Positions 17,612 through 29,264 of a stretch of 32,000 nt of DNA are shown here, piece after piece; position 1 is the first letter of the stretch; each line of letters opens with the position of its first letter. The position numbers were made by a program, and so were the translations under genes. Under the pieces are notes generated by a model, which searched no databases, was not told the DNA's origin, and worked only from the letters and a program-made list of their open reading frames with translations. This DNA comes from Candidatus Pelagibacter sp. HTCC7211 (GTDB lineage: Bacteria > Pseudomonadota > Alphaproteobacteria > Pelagibacterales > Pelagibacteraceae). The stretch spans positions 90,001 through 122,000 of the forward strand of contig NZ_DS995298.1 in NCBI RefSeq assembly GCF_000155895.1. Reading direction: 5' to 3'.

Positions 17612-19375
17612 TTAAACTTTTAAAGGAAGAACTTTAAGTAGAAGTTTATTTCTTATTAAATCTACATTTAATTGGTTAAGCGTATTAATTATGAAATAAA
17701 CTGTGTCATCATCAATATCTTCAATTCTCTCAGAACCAATAACTTCAATAACCCTTAATAATGCTGCACCAACCTCTTTATTATCTATCATTAACTGTAT
17801 ATCTGCTGGCATTTCAGTTGCGCTAATTTTATACAGATCATCATATTTTTTTGAAATTTCAATTCCATCAGATTTTAATGCCTCAATAAAAATTATATCT
17901 TTTTTTGATAAAACATATTTTTTATTTTTTTTTATCTTTTTTAGGTATTTGTTCAAATCTTCTTCAATTTTAGATTTAGCGTAATCACCATTAAAATAAT
18001 TTACTAATTTTGATTGGTGTAAAACTTTATTATTATATTTAATTCTTTTTTTACTTGAAGCACTGCCTTCTATATTTTCACTATAAAAAGTTGTAAAATT
18101 TGAAGGAACATCTTCAGGTTTTATTATTTTTAAAAATTTTTTTAGTTCTAAATCAAAAGCATTATCCAATCCTTCTGATATAAATATATCCTTTAAAATT
18201 TTCATTAACTCTAGTTTTAACTTTGGTTCCTCAGTTAAAAGTACTCTTTGATAAACTAAAGCTTTTGCTTCAATTGATGAAAGAGATTTATAAGTCTGTT
18301 TAGTATTTAGTAATTGATTTATAGTAAATTGAAAATTTTTATAAAATTCAAATAATTCTTCCTCAGAATAATTTTTATCATGAACTGCTTTTTCAATTAT
18401 TGAAATTTTTTCAATATCAGTAATTTCAATATCTTTAATATTAAATAATAAATTTGAAGCTGATAAATATTTCCAAATTAATTTTGGAGTATCTTTTTTT
18501 GGTTCAAATTTAAATTCTGGATTTGTTCTATGAGCTAAATGAAAATCAAGAATAGAATTCTCAGATATATCCTTGTTAGCTTCTTCTAAATATCCAAACA
18601 AATAATTAATTTTATTTTCAAAATATTCATCGTTAAAACCTAATTCTTTTTTTAAATCTAATATAAGTTGAGCTTCTTCATTTTTTCCATAATTTATTAA
18701 ACAATATAAATTAAATTTTGATAAATATTCATTTTCAAGAGGTTCTTTTATCTTAGAGAAAATTTCACAGGATTTTTTTACATCAGATTTAGAAAGGTAG
18801 TTATCAACCATATATCTCGTTAATTCTGGATGTAGATTGGTAGCTTGATTTTTAATAAGAAATTCTTCTATTAATTCAAGATTTGAATCTTTAATTAACC
18901 AATTAGATTTAAAATTTAAAAATTCATCCTCTGTGATACTTTTATTTGGATAGTAAGTATTAGTGAGTAATGCAATATTAAGAATTTCTGATGCATCACT
19001 TGAAAGATCATAATTATCTATATTTTTAAAAAGTTTTTTAAGAGTTACACCATCTGAATTTGACCACATATCAATACTTAGTCCATAGTCTGCAGGATCA
19101 TATAATCCAACAATCTTAATTTCTTTGGAAGTGAGTTCGTTATCTAGTTTTACAGTTTCTTTTTTATTATCAGCTTGTAAATTATAAATATTACCCTCTT
19201 TTTTAACTTCTATATTTTCAATTGTTGAAATTGTTGCTGAAATTGTCTCATTTGATTTTTTTTCTATATTCCAAATATCTATAGGTTGATCTTCTGCTAA
19301 TGCACAAAATGAAGATAGTAAATATATGACTGTTATTGATAAATATTTTTTATTTAACCACTTTAAAATTCTCAT
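17612..19375 (-). CDS. Hypothetical exported protein (587 aa), family not recognised
   Basis: It has a signal-peptide-like N-terminus (MRILKWLNKKYLSITVIYLLSSFCALAEDQP). The remainder is hydrophilic and appears helix-rich. I could identify no catalytic or known-domain motifs. Confidence 0.6.
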   Translation of the reverse strand: MRILKWLNKKYLSITVIYLLSSFCALAEDQPIDIWNIEKKSNETISATISTIENIEVKKEGNIYNLQADNKKETVKLDNELTSKEIKIVGLYDPADYGLSIDMWSNSDGVTLKKLFKNIDNYDLSSDASEILNIALLTNTYYPNKSITEDEFLNFKSNWLIKDSNLELIEEFLIKNQATNLHPELTRYMVDNYLSKSDVKKSCEIFSKIKEPLENEYLSKFNLYCLINYGKNEEAQLILDLKKELGFNDEYFENKINYLFGYLEEANKDISENSILDFHLAHRTNPEFKFEPKKDTPKLIWKYLSASNLLFNIKDIEITDIEKISIIEKAVHDKNYSEEELFEFYKNFQFTINQLLNTKQTYKSLSSIEAKALVYQRVLLTEEPKLKLELMKILKDIFISEGLDNAFDLELKKFLKIIKPEDVPSNFTTFYSENIEGSASSKKRIKYNNKVLHQSKLVNYFNGDYAKSKIEEDLNKYLKKIKKNKKYVLSKKDIIFIEALKSDGIEISKKYDDLYKISATEMPADIQLMIDNKEVGAALLRVIEVIGSERIEDIDDDTVYFIINTLNQLNVDLIRNKLLLKVLPLKV

Positions 19376-19532
19376 TAGGGATAATTTTCTTTATTTCTTT
19401 TTTTGGGGATGGAAAATCAATTGTATTTAGAAAAAAAACCAAACCTAAAATTGCTACTAATCCAAGAATAGATTTAATTACTAATCCTATTACATTAGTT
19501 TTGCCTGAACTTGTATTTTTACTAAATTCCAT
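19350..19532 (-). CDS. Candidate small single-pass membrane protein (60 aa)
   Basis: From the ORF track. It has one clear TM helix (VIGLVIKSILGLVAILGLVFFL). It overlaps the start of the 587-aa gene by 26 nt. I prefer it over the antisense ORF 19336..19536 because of co-orientation and the TM helix. Confidence 0.4.
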   Translation of the reverse strand: MEFSKNTSSGKTNVIGLVIKSILGLVAILGLVFFLNTIDFPSPKKEIKKIIPNENFKVVK

Positions 19533-19589
19533 ATAACTTTAGATAATTTCAAATTAAGACATATTTGTGTTTTTTCAATAAAGAAACTT

Positions 19590-20102
19590 ATGAAATCAAA
19601 AGAAAATCTAATTTTTTTAGGGATGATGGGATCAGGAAAGAGTTCTATTGGCTCTTTAGTTGCAAAAAAATTACAATTAAATTTTATAGATATTGATAAT
19701 GAAATTGAGACTGAGCTAGGATTGTCGATTAAAAAAATATTTGAAACAAAAGGTGAGAATTATTTCAGAAAATTTGAGGAAAAAATTACATTAAAAAAAC
19801 TAAAATCAAAGCCTGTGGTTATATCTCTTGGGGGTGGTGCATTTACAAATAGAAATATTAGAAAAGAGGTAATAAAAAATCATTTATCTTTTTGGTTAAA
19901 TTGGAGTGATAAAATATTGGTGAATAGAATAAAAAATAGTAAAAAAAGACCTTTGGTGTCAAATGCTTCTGAAAATGAAATTATTGATTTAATTAAAAAA
20001 CGGTCTAACATTTATTCAAAAGCTTTATATAAAATTGAATGTGATAGCTTAACTAAGAAAGAAATTGTTAAAAAAATTTTAAATATTTATGAAGCCCATT
20101 AA
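19590..20102 (+). CDS. aroK: Shikimate kinase
   Basis: 170 aa. It has the Walker A motif GMMGSGKSSIG, then LGGGA. Confidence 0.9.
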   Translation: MKSKENLIFLGMMGSGKSSIGSLVAKKLQLNFIDIDNEIETELGLSIKKIFETKGENYFRKFEEKITLKKLKSKPVVISLGGGAFTNRNIRKEVIKNHLSFWLNWSDKILVNRIKNSKKRPLVSNASENEIIDLIKKRSNIYSKALYKIECDSLTKKEIVKKILNIYEAH

Positions 20103-21195
20103 ATTAAAGATAGATACTAAAAGCCAAAAATATCCCATTATAATTGGATCTAATTTAGTTTCAAATTTAGCAAATATTGCAAAAAATAATTCAGTTAATT
20201 TTAAAAAATGTCTTCTTATTATAGATGGAAATATATCAAAAAAAATTATTTCTAAAATAAAAAAATCTTTAAGCAAAAAAAAACTCTACATTTTTATTTT
20301 CAATGCAAATGAAAAAAATAAAAATCAAAATAGTATTAATAAAATTTTAGATATTCTTTTAAAAGAAAACTTTTCTAGAGAAGATTGCCTAATCTCAATT
20401 GGTGGCGGAATTACAGGAGATATTAGTGGCTTTGCTGCTAGTTTGTTCAAAAGAGGACTAAAATTTATAAATGTTCCAACAACCCTTTTATCGCAAGTAG
20501 ACTCTTCAATTGGAGGAAAAACTGGAGTTAACACTAAATATGGAAAAAATTTAATTGGAAGTTTCTATCAACCTCATTTGGTTGTTTCTGATATTCAATT
20601 GTTAAAAACACTTCCGAAAAGAGAAATAATATGTGGATATGGCGAAATTTTAAAACATTCTTTAATTGCTGATAAAAAAATTTTTAATTATTTAAACAGA
20701 AATAGTAAAAAAATTTTAAGCCTTACTTCGCCGTTTATAGAAAAAACAATTTACGAAAGTTGTAAAATTAAAAAAAATGTTGTTGAAAAAGATGAAAAAG
20801 AAAAAGGACTTAGAAAAACTCTAAATTTTGGGCATACATTTGCACATGCATATGAGGCATCTTTAGGCTACTCAAAAAGGCTAAACCACGGTGAAGCAGT
20901 GATACTTGGAATGAAAACTGCTTTAAATTTTAGTTTTAAGAATAATTTGCTTAAAAAAAAAGAGCATAATTTAATTATTAATCATATAAGCAATTCGAAT
21001 TTACCGTCAAAAATAAATAAGTTTTTTAATTTTAAGGATTTAAGTAAAATTTTATCCTTTATGCTTAAAGACAAGAAAAATAATTCAGATAAAATTAGTT
21101 TAGTTTTATTAAAAAAAATTGGCTCCCCCTTAATCAATAAAGAATATACCAAAAAAATGATAGCAAATTTTTTAAAAAGTGAATTAACTAATTAA
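20089..21195 (+). CDS. aroB: 3-dehydroquinate synthase
   Basis: 368 aa. Contains IGGGITGDISGFAAS, PTTLLSQVDSSIGGKTGVN, and NFGHTFAHA with the HGEAV metal ligands. It overlaps aroK by 14 nt. Confidence 0.92.
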   Translation: MKPIKLKIDTKSQKYPIIIGSNLVSNLANIAKNNSVNFKKCLLIIDGNISKKIISKIKKSLSKKKLYIFIFNANEKNKNQNSINKILDILLKENFSREDCLISIGGGITGDISGFAASLFKRGLKFINVPTTLLSQVDSSIGGKTGVNTKYGKNLIGSFYQPHLVVSDIQLLKTLPKREIICGYGEILKHSLIADKKIFNYLNRNSKKILSLTSPFIEKTIYESCKIKKNVVEKDEKEKGLRKTLNFGHTFAHAYEASLGYSKRLNHGEAVILGMKTALNFSFKNNLLKKKEHNLIINHISNSNLPSKINKFFNFKDLSKILSFMLKDKKNNSDKISLVLLKKIGSPLINKEYTKKMIANFLKSELTN

Positions 21196-21444
21196 TATTT
21201 GTATTGAATGAATAGACATCTTTAGTTCTTCATCTAATATCTTATAAATTTTTTTATTACTTTCTAATCTATTCATTTTTTTTAGTTCAATTGACTTAAG
21301 ATGAATTTTTAAGTGGAATTTACCTTCTTTATTTCCAGCATGGTTTTTATGAAGGAAAGACTTATCCTCAATTCTTATACTTTCAATATTAATTTTCTCT
21401 TCAAGCTTTTTTTTTACAATTGCAATTAATTCATTTATATCCAT
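21184..21444 (-). CDS. bolA: BolA-family protein
   Basis: 86 aa. Contains a BolA-like core (IRIEDKSFLHKNHAG..., FHLKIHLKS) and a C-terminal HSIQI. Its 3' end overlaps convergent aroB by 12 nt. Confidence 0.8.
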   Translation of the reverse strand: MDINELIAIVKKKLEEKINIESIRIEDKSFLHKNHAGNKEGKFHLKIHLKSIELKKMNRLESNKKIYKILDEELKMSIHSIQILIS

Positions 21445-21461
21445 AAATATTATTATATATC

Positions 21462-21995
21462 ATGAAAAATATTTGTGACTGGAATAATTGTAATGAAATT
21501 GGTGAATATAAAGCTCCAGTGGAAAAAGATAATAGCAAAAAATATAGAATGCTTTGTCTTGAACATGTAAAAGAATTTAATAAAAATTGGAATTATTTTT
21601 CAGGTATGAATGATGACCAGGTTTTAAATTTCTTAAAATCAGATATGATTTGGCATAAACCCACACAAAGCTTCAGTTCTTCAGATATTTTTTTTAAAGT
21701 TCTTTGGAATAACACTTTAAGAGATGAATTAGATAAAGATAAGATTAATGGAGAATATGATCATATGCGTCAATTTAAATTTAATCATAAAGACATTAAA
21801 GCCTTTGGAATATTAGGTGTTTCAGTAGGTTTAAAATGGAAAAAAATTCAAGATAAGTTCAAATTACTTGTCAAAAAATTTCACCCAGATATAAATGCCG
21901 GAAATAAAAAATATGAAGAAAAACTAAAACTAATCACTTTAGCTTATACACAACTTAAAAATACTTATAGAGAAAAAATTGACACCAAATCTTGA
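21462..21995 (+). CDS. J-domain protein with N-terminal Cys/His zinc-ribbon-like motif
   Basis: 177 aa. The N-terminus [15 protein letters not shown]...[22 protein letters not shown] has a C-x4-C ... C-x2-H pattern. The C-terminal J domain reads [31 protein letters not shown] with an HPD tripeptide. Confidence 0.8.
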   Translation: MKNICDWNNCNEIGEYKAPVEKDNSKKYRMLCLEHVKEFNKNWNYFSGMNDDQVLNFLKSDMIWHKPTQSFSSSDIFFKVLWNNTLRDELDKDKINGEYDHMRQFKFNHKDIKAFGILGVSVGLKWKKIQDKFKLLVKKFHPDINAGNKKYEEKLKLITLAYTQLKNTYREKIDTKS

Positions 21996-22953
21996 CACGC
22001 AGCCGGACATAAAAGTTTCATTAAAGCAAACTTTTGGAATCGATTCTGAAATGGAAGTAGATGCATTTTCAAAAAAAAATGAATATGTCCCTGAAATTGA
22101 TAAGACTTATAAATTCGATAGAGACACTACGCTAGCAATAATTTCTGGTTTTGCTTTTAACAAAAGAGTTTTGGTGCAAGGGTATCATGGAACGGGAAAA
22201 TCTACACATATAGAACAAATTGCAGCACGATTAAACTGGCCTTGTATCAGGGTAAATTTAGATAGCCATGTAAGTAGAATAGATTTGATAGGAAAAGATG
22301 CCATCGTATTAAAAGATGGTAAACAAGTTACTCAATTTAATGAAGGTATTTTACCATGGTCTATTCAAAATCCAGTAGCACTTGTTTTTGATGAGTATGA
22401 TGCGGGTAGACCAGATGTAATGTTTGTAATTCAAAGAGTTTTAGAGGCTGAAGGAAATTTTACACTTCTTGATAAAAATAAAGTTATTAAACAGAATAAA
22501 TTTTTTAGATTATTTGCTACATCAAATACTGTTGGTTTAGGTGACACAACAGGTCTTTATCATGGAACACAACAGATCAACCAAGGGCAAATGGATAGAT
22601 GGAATATTGTTACAACACTTAATTATCTCAGTCTTGATAGAGAGCTAGATATTGTTTTAGCCAAAAATAAAAATCTTAATAACGCTAAAGGTAAGGAAAA
22701 AGTTGCCAATATGATAAAGGTAGCATCTTTAACTAGAAAAGGTTTTATTGCAGGAGATATATCAACTGTAATGAGTCCAAGAACAGTTATGCATTGGGCT
22801 GAAAATTCTGAGATTTTTAAAGACACTGGTTATGCTTTTAGAGTGACTTTTTTAAATAAATGTGATGAGATTGAAAAAAATACTATCGCAGAGTATTATC
22901 AAAGATGTTTTGGAGAAGAATTACCAGAGTCATTGATTAATATTCAAATCTAA
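21979..22953 (+). CDS. cobS: CobS-like AAA+ (MoxR/dynein-related) ATPase
   Basis: 324 aa. A TTG start is needed to keep the conserved N-terminus ([21 protein letters not shown]). Walker A is GYHGTGKST (22180..22206) and Walker B is ALVFDEYD. As I recall, it has a long near-identical stretch to rhizobial CobS ([44 protein letters not shown]). Confidence 0.88.
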   Translation: MTPNLDTQPDIKVSLKQTFGIDSEMEVDAFSKKNEYVPEIDKTYKFDRDTTLAIISGFAFNKRVLVQGYHGTGKSTHIEQIAARLNWPCIRVNLDSHVSRIDLIGKDAIVLKDGKQVTQFNEGILPWSIQNPVALVFDEYDAGRPDVMFVIQRVLEAEGNFTLLDKNKVIKQNKFFRLFATSNTVGLGDTTGLYHGTQQINQGQMDRWNIVTTLNYLSLDRELDIVLAKNKNLNNAKGKEKVANMIKVASLTRKGFIAGDISTVMSPRTVMHWAENSEIFKDTGYAFRVTFLNKCDEIEKNTIAEYYQRCFGEELPESLINIQI

Positions 22954-24753
22954 ATGAGTGATAAAATAACCAGGCTTAAAGAAAAGTTTAGATTAGCATT
23001 AACCTCTACTGCAAAAGTAATTTCTGATGATTTTGAGTTAATAAATAAAACTTCAGAAGAAAAAAAAAATAAAGATTTAAATTCAATTGAAATTAATGAT
23101 TTAACAAATCCTAGTGATTTTATAAGATTAAGAGCTGAAACAGACTCTGCTGCTTTAAAAAAAAAATTTTCTAACGACCAAATTTACAAAAAAAATCTTC
23201 CATTAAATAACTCTTCTAGATCACTGTATAATATAGCAGAAAAAATAAGATATGAGGCTTTGGGTGGAAAAATGCTCAAAGGGATTGAAAAAAATTTTCA
23301 AGAAAATTACTCATATATAATAAATAGTAAAAGAAAAGATCAATTAAAAACTAAAGAAGATGTACCTGTGACAGAAGCATTTGAGCTATATATGCTTAAA
23401 AATTTTCACGAAATAAAGTTAAGTCCTTTAACAACAAAAATACTAAATTTTTGGGAACATGATTTTGACCAATCAGTAGGTAAACATAAGAAATTTTTGC
23501 AAGATAATCTTGAAGATCAAAATAACTATAGTTCCAGATTTTCTCAAATCTTAAATGAAATGGATATTTTTCAAAATGATGAAAACGATGAAAAAAGAGA
23601 GGAAAATCAAGATCAAGGACAAGATAATCCTTCAAATGATGATCAAGATAAAGAAACTGAAGACAATAAAGATGAAAATAATGAAAATGAAACACAAGCC
23701 TCATTAGATGCAGACTATAACGTTGATGAATTTAATCTTGATGAACAACTTTCAGATGTTGAGTCTGATGAACAAAGCTCAGAGCAAATAGTTCAAAAGA
23801 ATATTGAAAATTTAAACTTAGATTATAAAATTTTTACAACACAATACGATGAAGTAATAAAAGCTGAAAATTTAGAAAATGCAGACGAAGCAGTTAAACT
23901 TCGTAGAACTTTAGACCAGCAATTAATTGGTTTTCAAGATGTAATTACTAAACTTGCAAATAAACTTCAAAGGCAACTTTTAGCTAAACAAAATAGAGCG
24001 TGGGAATTTGATTTAGAGGAAGGTTTGCTTGATAGTTCGAAATTACCAAGAATTATAATGGATCCATATAATTCCCTTTCTTTTAAAAAAGAAAAAGATT
24101 TAGATTTTAAAGATACAATTGTGACTCTACTTATTGATAATTCTGGTTCAATGAGAGGAAGACCAATTACAATAGCAGCAATATGTGCTGACATACTTTC
24201 TAGAACCTTGGAAAGATGTTCGGTTAAAGTAGAAATATTAGGTTTTACTACTAAAAACTGGAAAGGTGGACAAAGTAGAGAGCATTGGAACAAAAACTCA
24301 AAACCTAAGACACCTGGAAGATTAAATGATTTAAGACATATAATTTACAAAGGCGCAGATACTCACTGGAGACAAGCTAAAAATAATCTAGGTCTGATGC
24401 TAAAAGAAGGGTTACTTAAAGAAAATATTGACGGAGAAGCAATTTCCTGGGCATACAACAGGTTAAAAAAGAGAAAAGAAGAAAGAAAAATATTAATGGT
24501 CATATCTGATGGGGCACCAGTTGATGACTCTACTCTTTCTGTAAACTCAGGTGATTTTTTAGAAAAGCACTTAAAAAAAATGGTAAAATTTATCGAAAAT
24601 AAAACAGAAATAGAAGTTTTAGCAATCGGAATCGGCCACGATGTTTCAAGATATTACAACAGAGCAATTAAAATTACTGATGTTAATGAATTAGGTGATG
24701 TGATGATATCTCAATTAAGTTCTTTATTTGACACAAAAAAAAAGTTTCACTAA
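22954..24753 (+). CDS. cobT: CobT-like protein: N-terminal CobT domain, acidic linker, C-terminal vWA domain
   Basis: 599 aa. The vWA MIDAS motif DNSGS lies at 24136..24150, with VISDGAP downstream. It starts at the nucleotide immediately after the cobS stop. Confidence 0.85.
   Translation: MSDKITRLKEKFRLALTSTAKVISDDFELINKTSEEKKNKDLNSIEINDLTNPSDFIRLRAETDSAALKKKFSNDQIYKKNLPLNNSSRSLYNIAEKIRYEALGGKMLKGIEKNFQENYSYIINSKRKDQLKTKEDVPVTEAFELYMLKNFHEIKLSPLTTKILNFWEHDFDQSVGKHKKFLQDNLEDQNNYSSRFSQILNEMDIFQNDENDEKREENQDQGQDNPSNDDQDKETEDNKDENNENETQASLDADYNVDEFNLDEQLSDVESDEQSSEQIVQKNIENLNLDYKIFTTQYDEVIKAENLENADEAVKLRRTLDQQLIGFQDVITKLANKLQRQLLAKQNRAWEFDLEEGLLDSSKLPRIIMDPYNSLSFKKEKDLDFKDTIVTLLIDNSGSMRGRPITIAAICADILSRTLERCSVKVEILGFTTKNWKGGQSREHWNKNSKPKTPGRLNDLRHIIYKGADTHWRQAKNNLGLMLKEGLLKENIDGEAISWAYNRLKKRKEERKILMVISDGAPVDDSTLSVNSGDFLEKHLKKMVKFIENKTEIEVLAIGIGHDVSRYYNRAIKITDVNELGDVMISQLSSLFDTKKKFH
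23575..23787 (+). other. Acidic low-complexity linker inside cobT
   Basis: Translated as [71 protein letters not shown]. It is D/E/N/Q-rich with no hydrophobic core. Confidence 0.85.
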
Positions 24754-26027
24754 ATTTTAAATAAATCTCTGTTACTCCATTTAATAATCACTTCAGCTCC
24801 ACTTCTAGTTTTTGAATTTCTACAAAGAATCGATGCAAAATTTTTTTCTAAAAGAGTTTTTCCAATAAATAATCCAAGTCCTAACCCTTTTTTAGATTTT
24901 TCTTGTGAACTTGAGCTTAAATAGGGTTCCCCAATTTTCGGCAAAACATCTTTAGGATACCCATTTCCATCGTCTTCAATTGTGATTTCTGTTATTTCAC
25001 TATCACTTTTTAGGTTTATATAAACTGAACCTTTAGAGAACTTATTAGCATTTCCAACAAAATTTCTTAAACCATAAACTATTTCTATAGATTTAGTTAT
25101 TTTTTTAACATTTGAGTCTTGATCGTAATTAAAGATAAATTGTTTTTTACTAATTTCTCTAAATGATGAGATAATTTCTGACAAATATTCTCTCATGGTA
25201 AGATCTTTATCGATAAAATCATCTTCTTCAACAGGATCAATAGTTAAACGCTTTAAGATTTCATTACATCTTTCAACTTGGCTAGATAATAACTCAATAT
25301 CTTTTTCAACCTCTTTTTGTCCTTTAAACTGTCTTAACAAATCTTGAGTGATTATCTTAATTGTAGAAAGTGGTGTGCCTAACGAGTGAGCGGCAGCTGC
25401 AGCTTGTCCTCCTAATGACAAAAGCTCATGTTCTGTTGCCATTACTTCTTCCATTTTTGCAAGCGCCTCTTTTCTTAGGCGAGATTGAGAGCCAAATGTC
25501 ATCGCAAAGAAATTTAAAAAAAATAGAGCTATTATTAACGATGCTGGGATAGCGTAATAATAATATGGGCTTACATGAAAATGACCACTGATTGGGCCAG
25601 GTAAATTATTTGAGTAAAATGTAAGAAAAATAATTACTATAGTAGTTAAAGATACAAGCAAAGAATTGGTTACAAAACTTAAGTTGGATGATGAAAAAAC
25701 ACTTGGAATTAACAAAAATATTACAAAAGGATTAGAAACTCCTCCCGTCAGATAAATCAAAATACCTAATTGAAAAATATCAATAACTAAAAATATAAAT
25801 GCTGATCTATCTGATAATTGTGTTTTTTTATAAATAAAGATTAAATATAAATTGCTTAGGATACCAAAAAATATTGTTAAGTTTGAAACAAGTACATTAA
25901 AATCAAAATTTAAAATAAAAAATACAAAGTTAACTGCAATAAATTGTCCTGCTATTCCTATCCACCTTAAACTTATATATGTAGATTTTTTAAAAGAATG
26001 ATATTTTGAAGTTTCAAAAAACTTCAT
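24750..26027 (-). CDS. regB: RegB/PrrB/ActS-type redox-sensing histidine kinase
   Basis: 425 aa with about 6 N-terminal TM helices. It has a GGVSNPF heptad in a TM segment (the RegB quinone-site motif GGxxNPF). The H-box is [19 protein letters not shown] (His codon 25388..25386). A conserved-looking Cys sits in VERCNEIL. The G-boxes are DDGNGYP and GLGLGLF. Confidence 0.75.
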   Translation of the reverse strand: MKFFETSKYHSFKKSTYISLRWIGIAGQFIAVNFVFFILNFDFNVLVSNLTIFFGILSNLYLIFIYKKTQLSDRSAFIFLVIDIFQLGILIYLTGGVSNPFVIFLLIPSVFSSSNLSFVTNSLLVSLTTIVIIFLTFYSNNLPGPISGHFHVSPYYYYAIPASLIIALFFLNFFAMTFGSQSRLRKEALAKMEEVMATEHELLSLGGQAAAAAHSLGTPLSTIKIITQDLLRQFKGQKEVEKDIELLSSQVERCNEILKRLTIDPVEEDDFIDKDLTMREYLSEIISSFREISKKQFIFNYDQDSNVKKITKSIEIVYGLRNFVGNANKFSKGSVYINLKSDSEITEITIEDDGNGYPKDVLPKIGEPYLSSSSQEKSKKGLGLGLFIGKTLLEKNFASILCRNSKTRSGAEVIIKWSNRDLFKI

Positions 26028-26029
26028 TT

Positions 26030-28122
<2,093 letters not shown>

Positions 28123-28204
28123 TTTTTATAGAAAAATGCTTAATTATCTTTAACAAAGTTTGCTAAAATAGTTAAATAAAGCTCTAAAAATAAAGTTTAT
28201 TTGA

Positions 28205-28294
28205 TGGCGGAGAGAATGGGATTCGAACCCATGAAAGGATTGCTCCTTTACACGCTTTCCAAGCGTGCGCCTTCAACCACTCGGCCACCTCTCC
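28205..28294 (-). tRNA. tRNA-Ser (anticodon GGA), long variable arm, encoded CCA
   Basis: The reverse complement is GGAGAGGTGGCCGAGTGGTTGAAGGCGCACGCTTGGAAAGCGTGTAAAGGAGCAATCCTTTCATGGGTTCGAATCCCATTCTCTCCGCCA. The anticodon loop is TT-GGA-AA and the T-loop TTCGAAT is canonical. Confidence 0.9.
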
Positions 28295-29264
28295 TATTTA
28301 AAAGTTTTGATAATTCATCCAAAACCTTTTCAATTTTTATTGTGTGTATTGATGTAGGTGAACGATTAACATTTGACTCAATATCTACGTGTTTCAATAA
28401 TTTTGAGTAAGATTGAGGTGGACAATCACCCTGAATAACTAGCGTTTCTACATCTAAATTAACAGATAAGTGGGAAAATCCAGTGTCATTACCTATGCAG
28501 AATTTACATTTTTTTAAATACGGAATCACATCGCTAATCTTTTTATCTGATGTAAAAATTATATCTGTATTTTGTATAAACTTTTCTTTTATTAAATTCT
28601 CATCTTTTGATTGATCTAATCCACTTATAATTAAAAATTTTTTATAATTTTTTTCTTTCAAAAATTTTAAGATTTTCAAATAATTACTTATAGCCCATCT
28701 TTTTTCATTTCCAGAAGCTGCAATGATTATTCCAACAGTGTCTCTTAAATTATTTTCTGTACTAGATAGTGGTTGAAAGTCAATTTTTTGAGAATTGGTA
28801 ATTTTTTTTACTGCCTCTAAGGCTTCATCATCACTTTTGGTTTTTGAAAAAAAACTTGAATAAAATCTTTTATTCTTTTTTAAAAAAAAATTTTGAAATT
28901 TAAATCCTAATCCCCAAATCTCTTTAATATTTGAAAGATACGCTATTAATAAATATCTTAAAGAAGGGTGAAAAACATAACATTGCTCAATTTGAAACTG
29001 ATTTATTTTTTTAATATTTTTAATTATTGATTTAATATTACTAAAAATATATTTAATTCCTTTTTTTGGCTCATCTATATATAGGACATCTTCACAAAAA
29101 GAGAGTGATTTTAAATAGTGTTCAGCTTGTGTTGACTTTTTTGTAAAAAAAATTATTTTTGAGTTTAAGTGATTAGCTAATTTTTGATAGCAATACATTT
29201 TAGAAACAAACTGGCCCCAGCCTTTTCCAGGATCAATTATTAAAATTTTATTCATTAATTTCAT
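28248..29264 (-). CDS. Glycosyltransferase family 9 (LPS heptosyltransferase-like)
   Basis: 338 aa. It has a GT9-type C-terminal nucleotide-sugar domain with CIGNDTGFSHLS. The last 15 codons (RRGGRVVEGARLESV) and the stop codon are read from inside the tRNA-Ser gene. Confidence 0.75.
   Translation of the reverse strand: MKLMNKILIIDPGKGWGQFVSKMYCYQKLANHLNSKIIFFTKKSTQAEHYLKSLSFCEDVLYIDEPKKGIKYIFSNIKSIIKNIKKINQFQIEQCYVFHPSLRYLLIAYLSNIKEIWGLGFKFQNFFLKKNKRFYSSFFSKTKSDDEALEAVKKITNSQKIDFQPLSSTENNLRDTVGIIIAASGNEKRWAISNYLKILKFLKEKNYKKFLIISGLDQSKDENLIKEKFIQNTDIIFTSDKKISDVIPYLKKCKFCIGNDTGFSHLSVNLDVETLVIQGDCPPQSYSKLLKHVDIESNVNRSPTSIHTIKIEKVLDELSKLLNRRGGRVVEGARLESV

Noticed and set aside
16057-17984. Plus-strand ORFs 16057..16239 and 17703..17984
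   Set aside because: They are antisense to the truA/fmt junction and to the 587-aa gene, with no supporting motif or start context.
19336-19536. 66-aa plus-strand ORF mirroring the 60-aa minus-strand ORF
   Set aside because: Only one of the pair can be real. The minus-strand version is co-oriented with the downstream array and has a cleaner single TM helix. Both remain uncertain.
20079-20534. Minus-strand ORFs 20079..20276 and 20325..20534
   Set aside because: They are antisense within aroK and aroB.
22623-24293. Minus-strand ORFs 22623..22826, 23396..23704 and 23967..24293
   Set aside because: They are antisense within cobS and cobT. The 23396..23704 product (His/Phe/Leu-rich) is the complement of the acidic linker.
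21979-24753. Taking cobS/cobT at face value as evidence for cobalamin biosynthesis
   Set aside because: No cobN or other cob/cbi genes are nearby, and the conserved partners are bolA and a J-domain gene. I kept the names as family labels only.
28205-28294. tRNA-Ser as the attachment site of an integrated mobile island carrying the glycan genes
   Set aside because: Integrases target tRNA 3' ends. Here the glycan genes lie on the 5' side of the tRNA. No integrase and no direct repeat of the tRNA 3' end are visible in the window.
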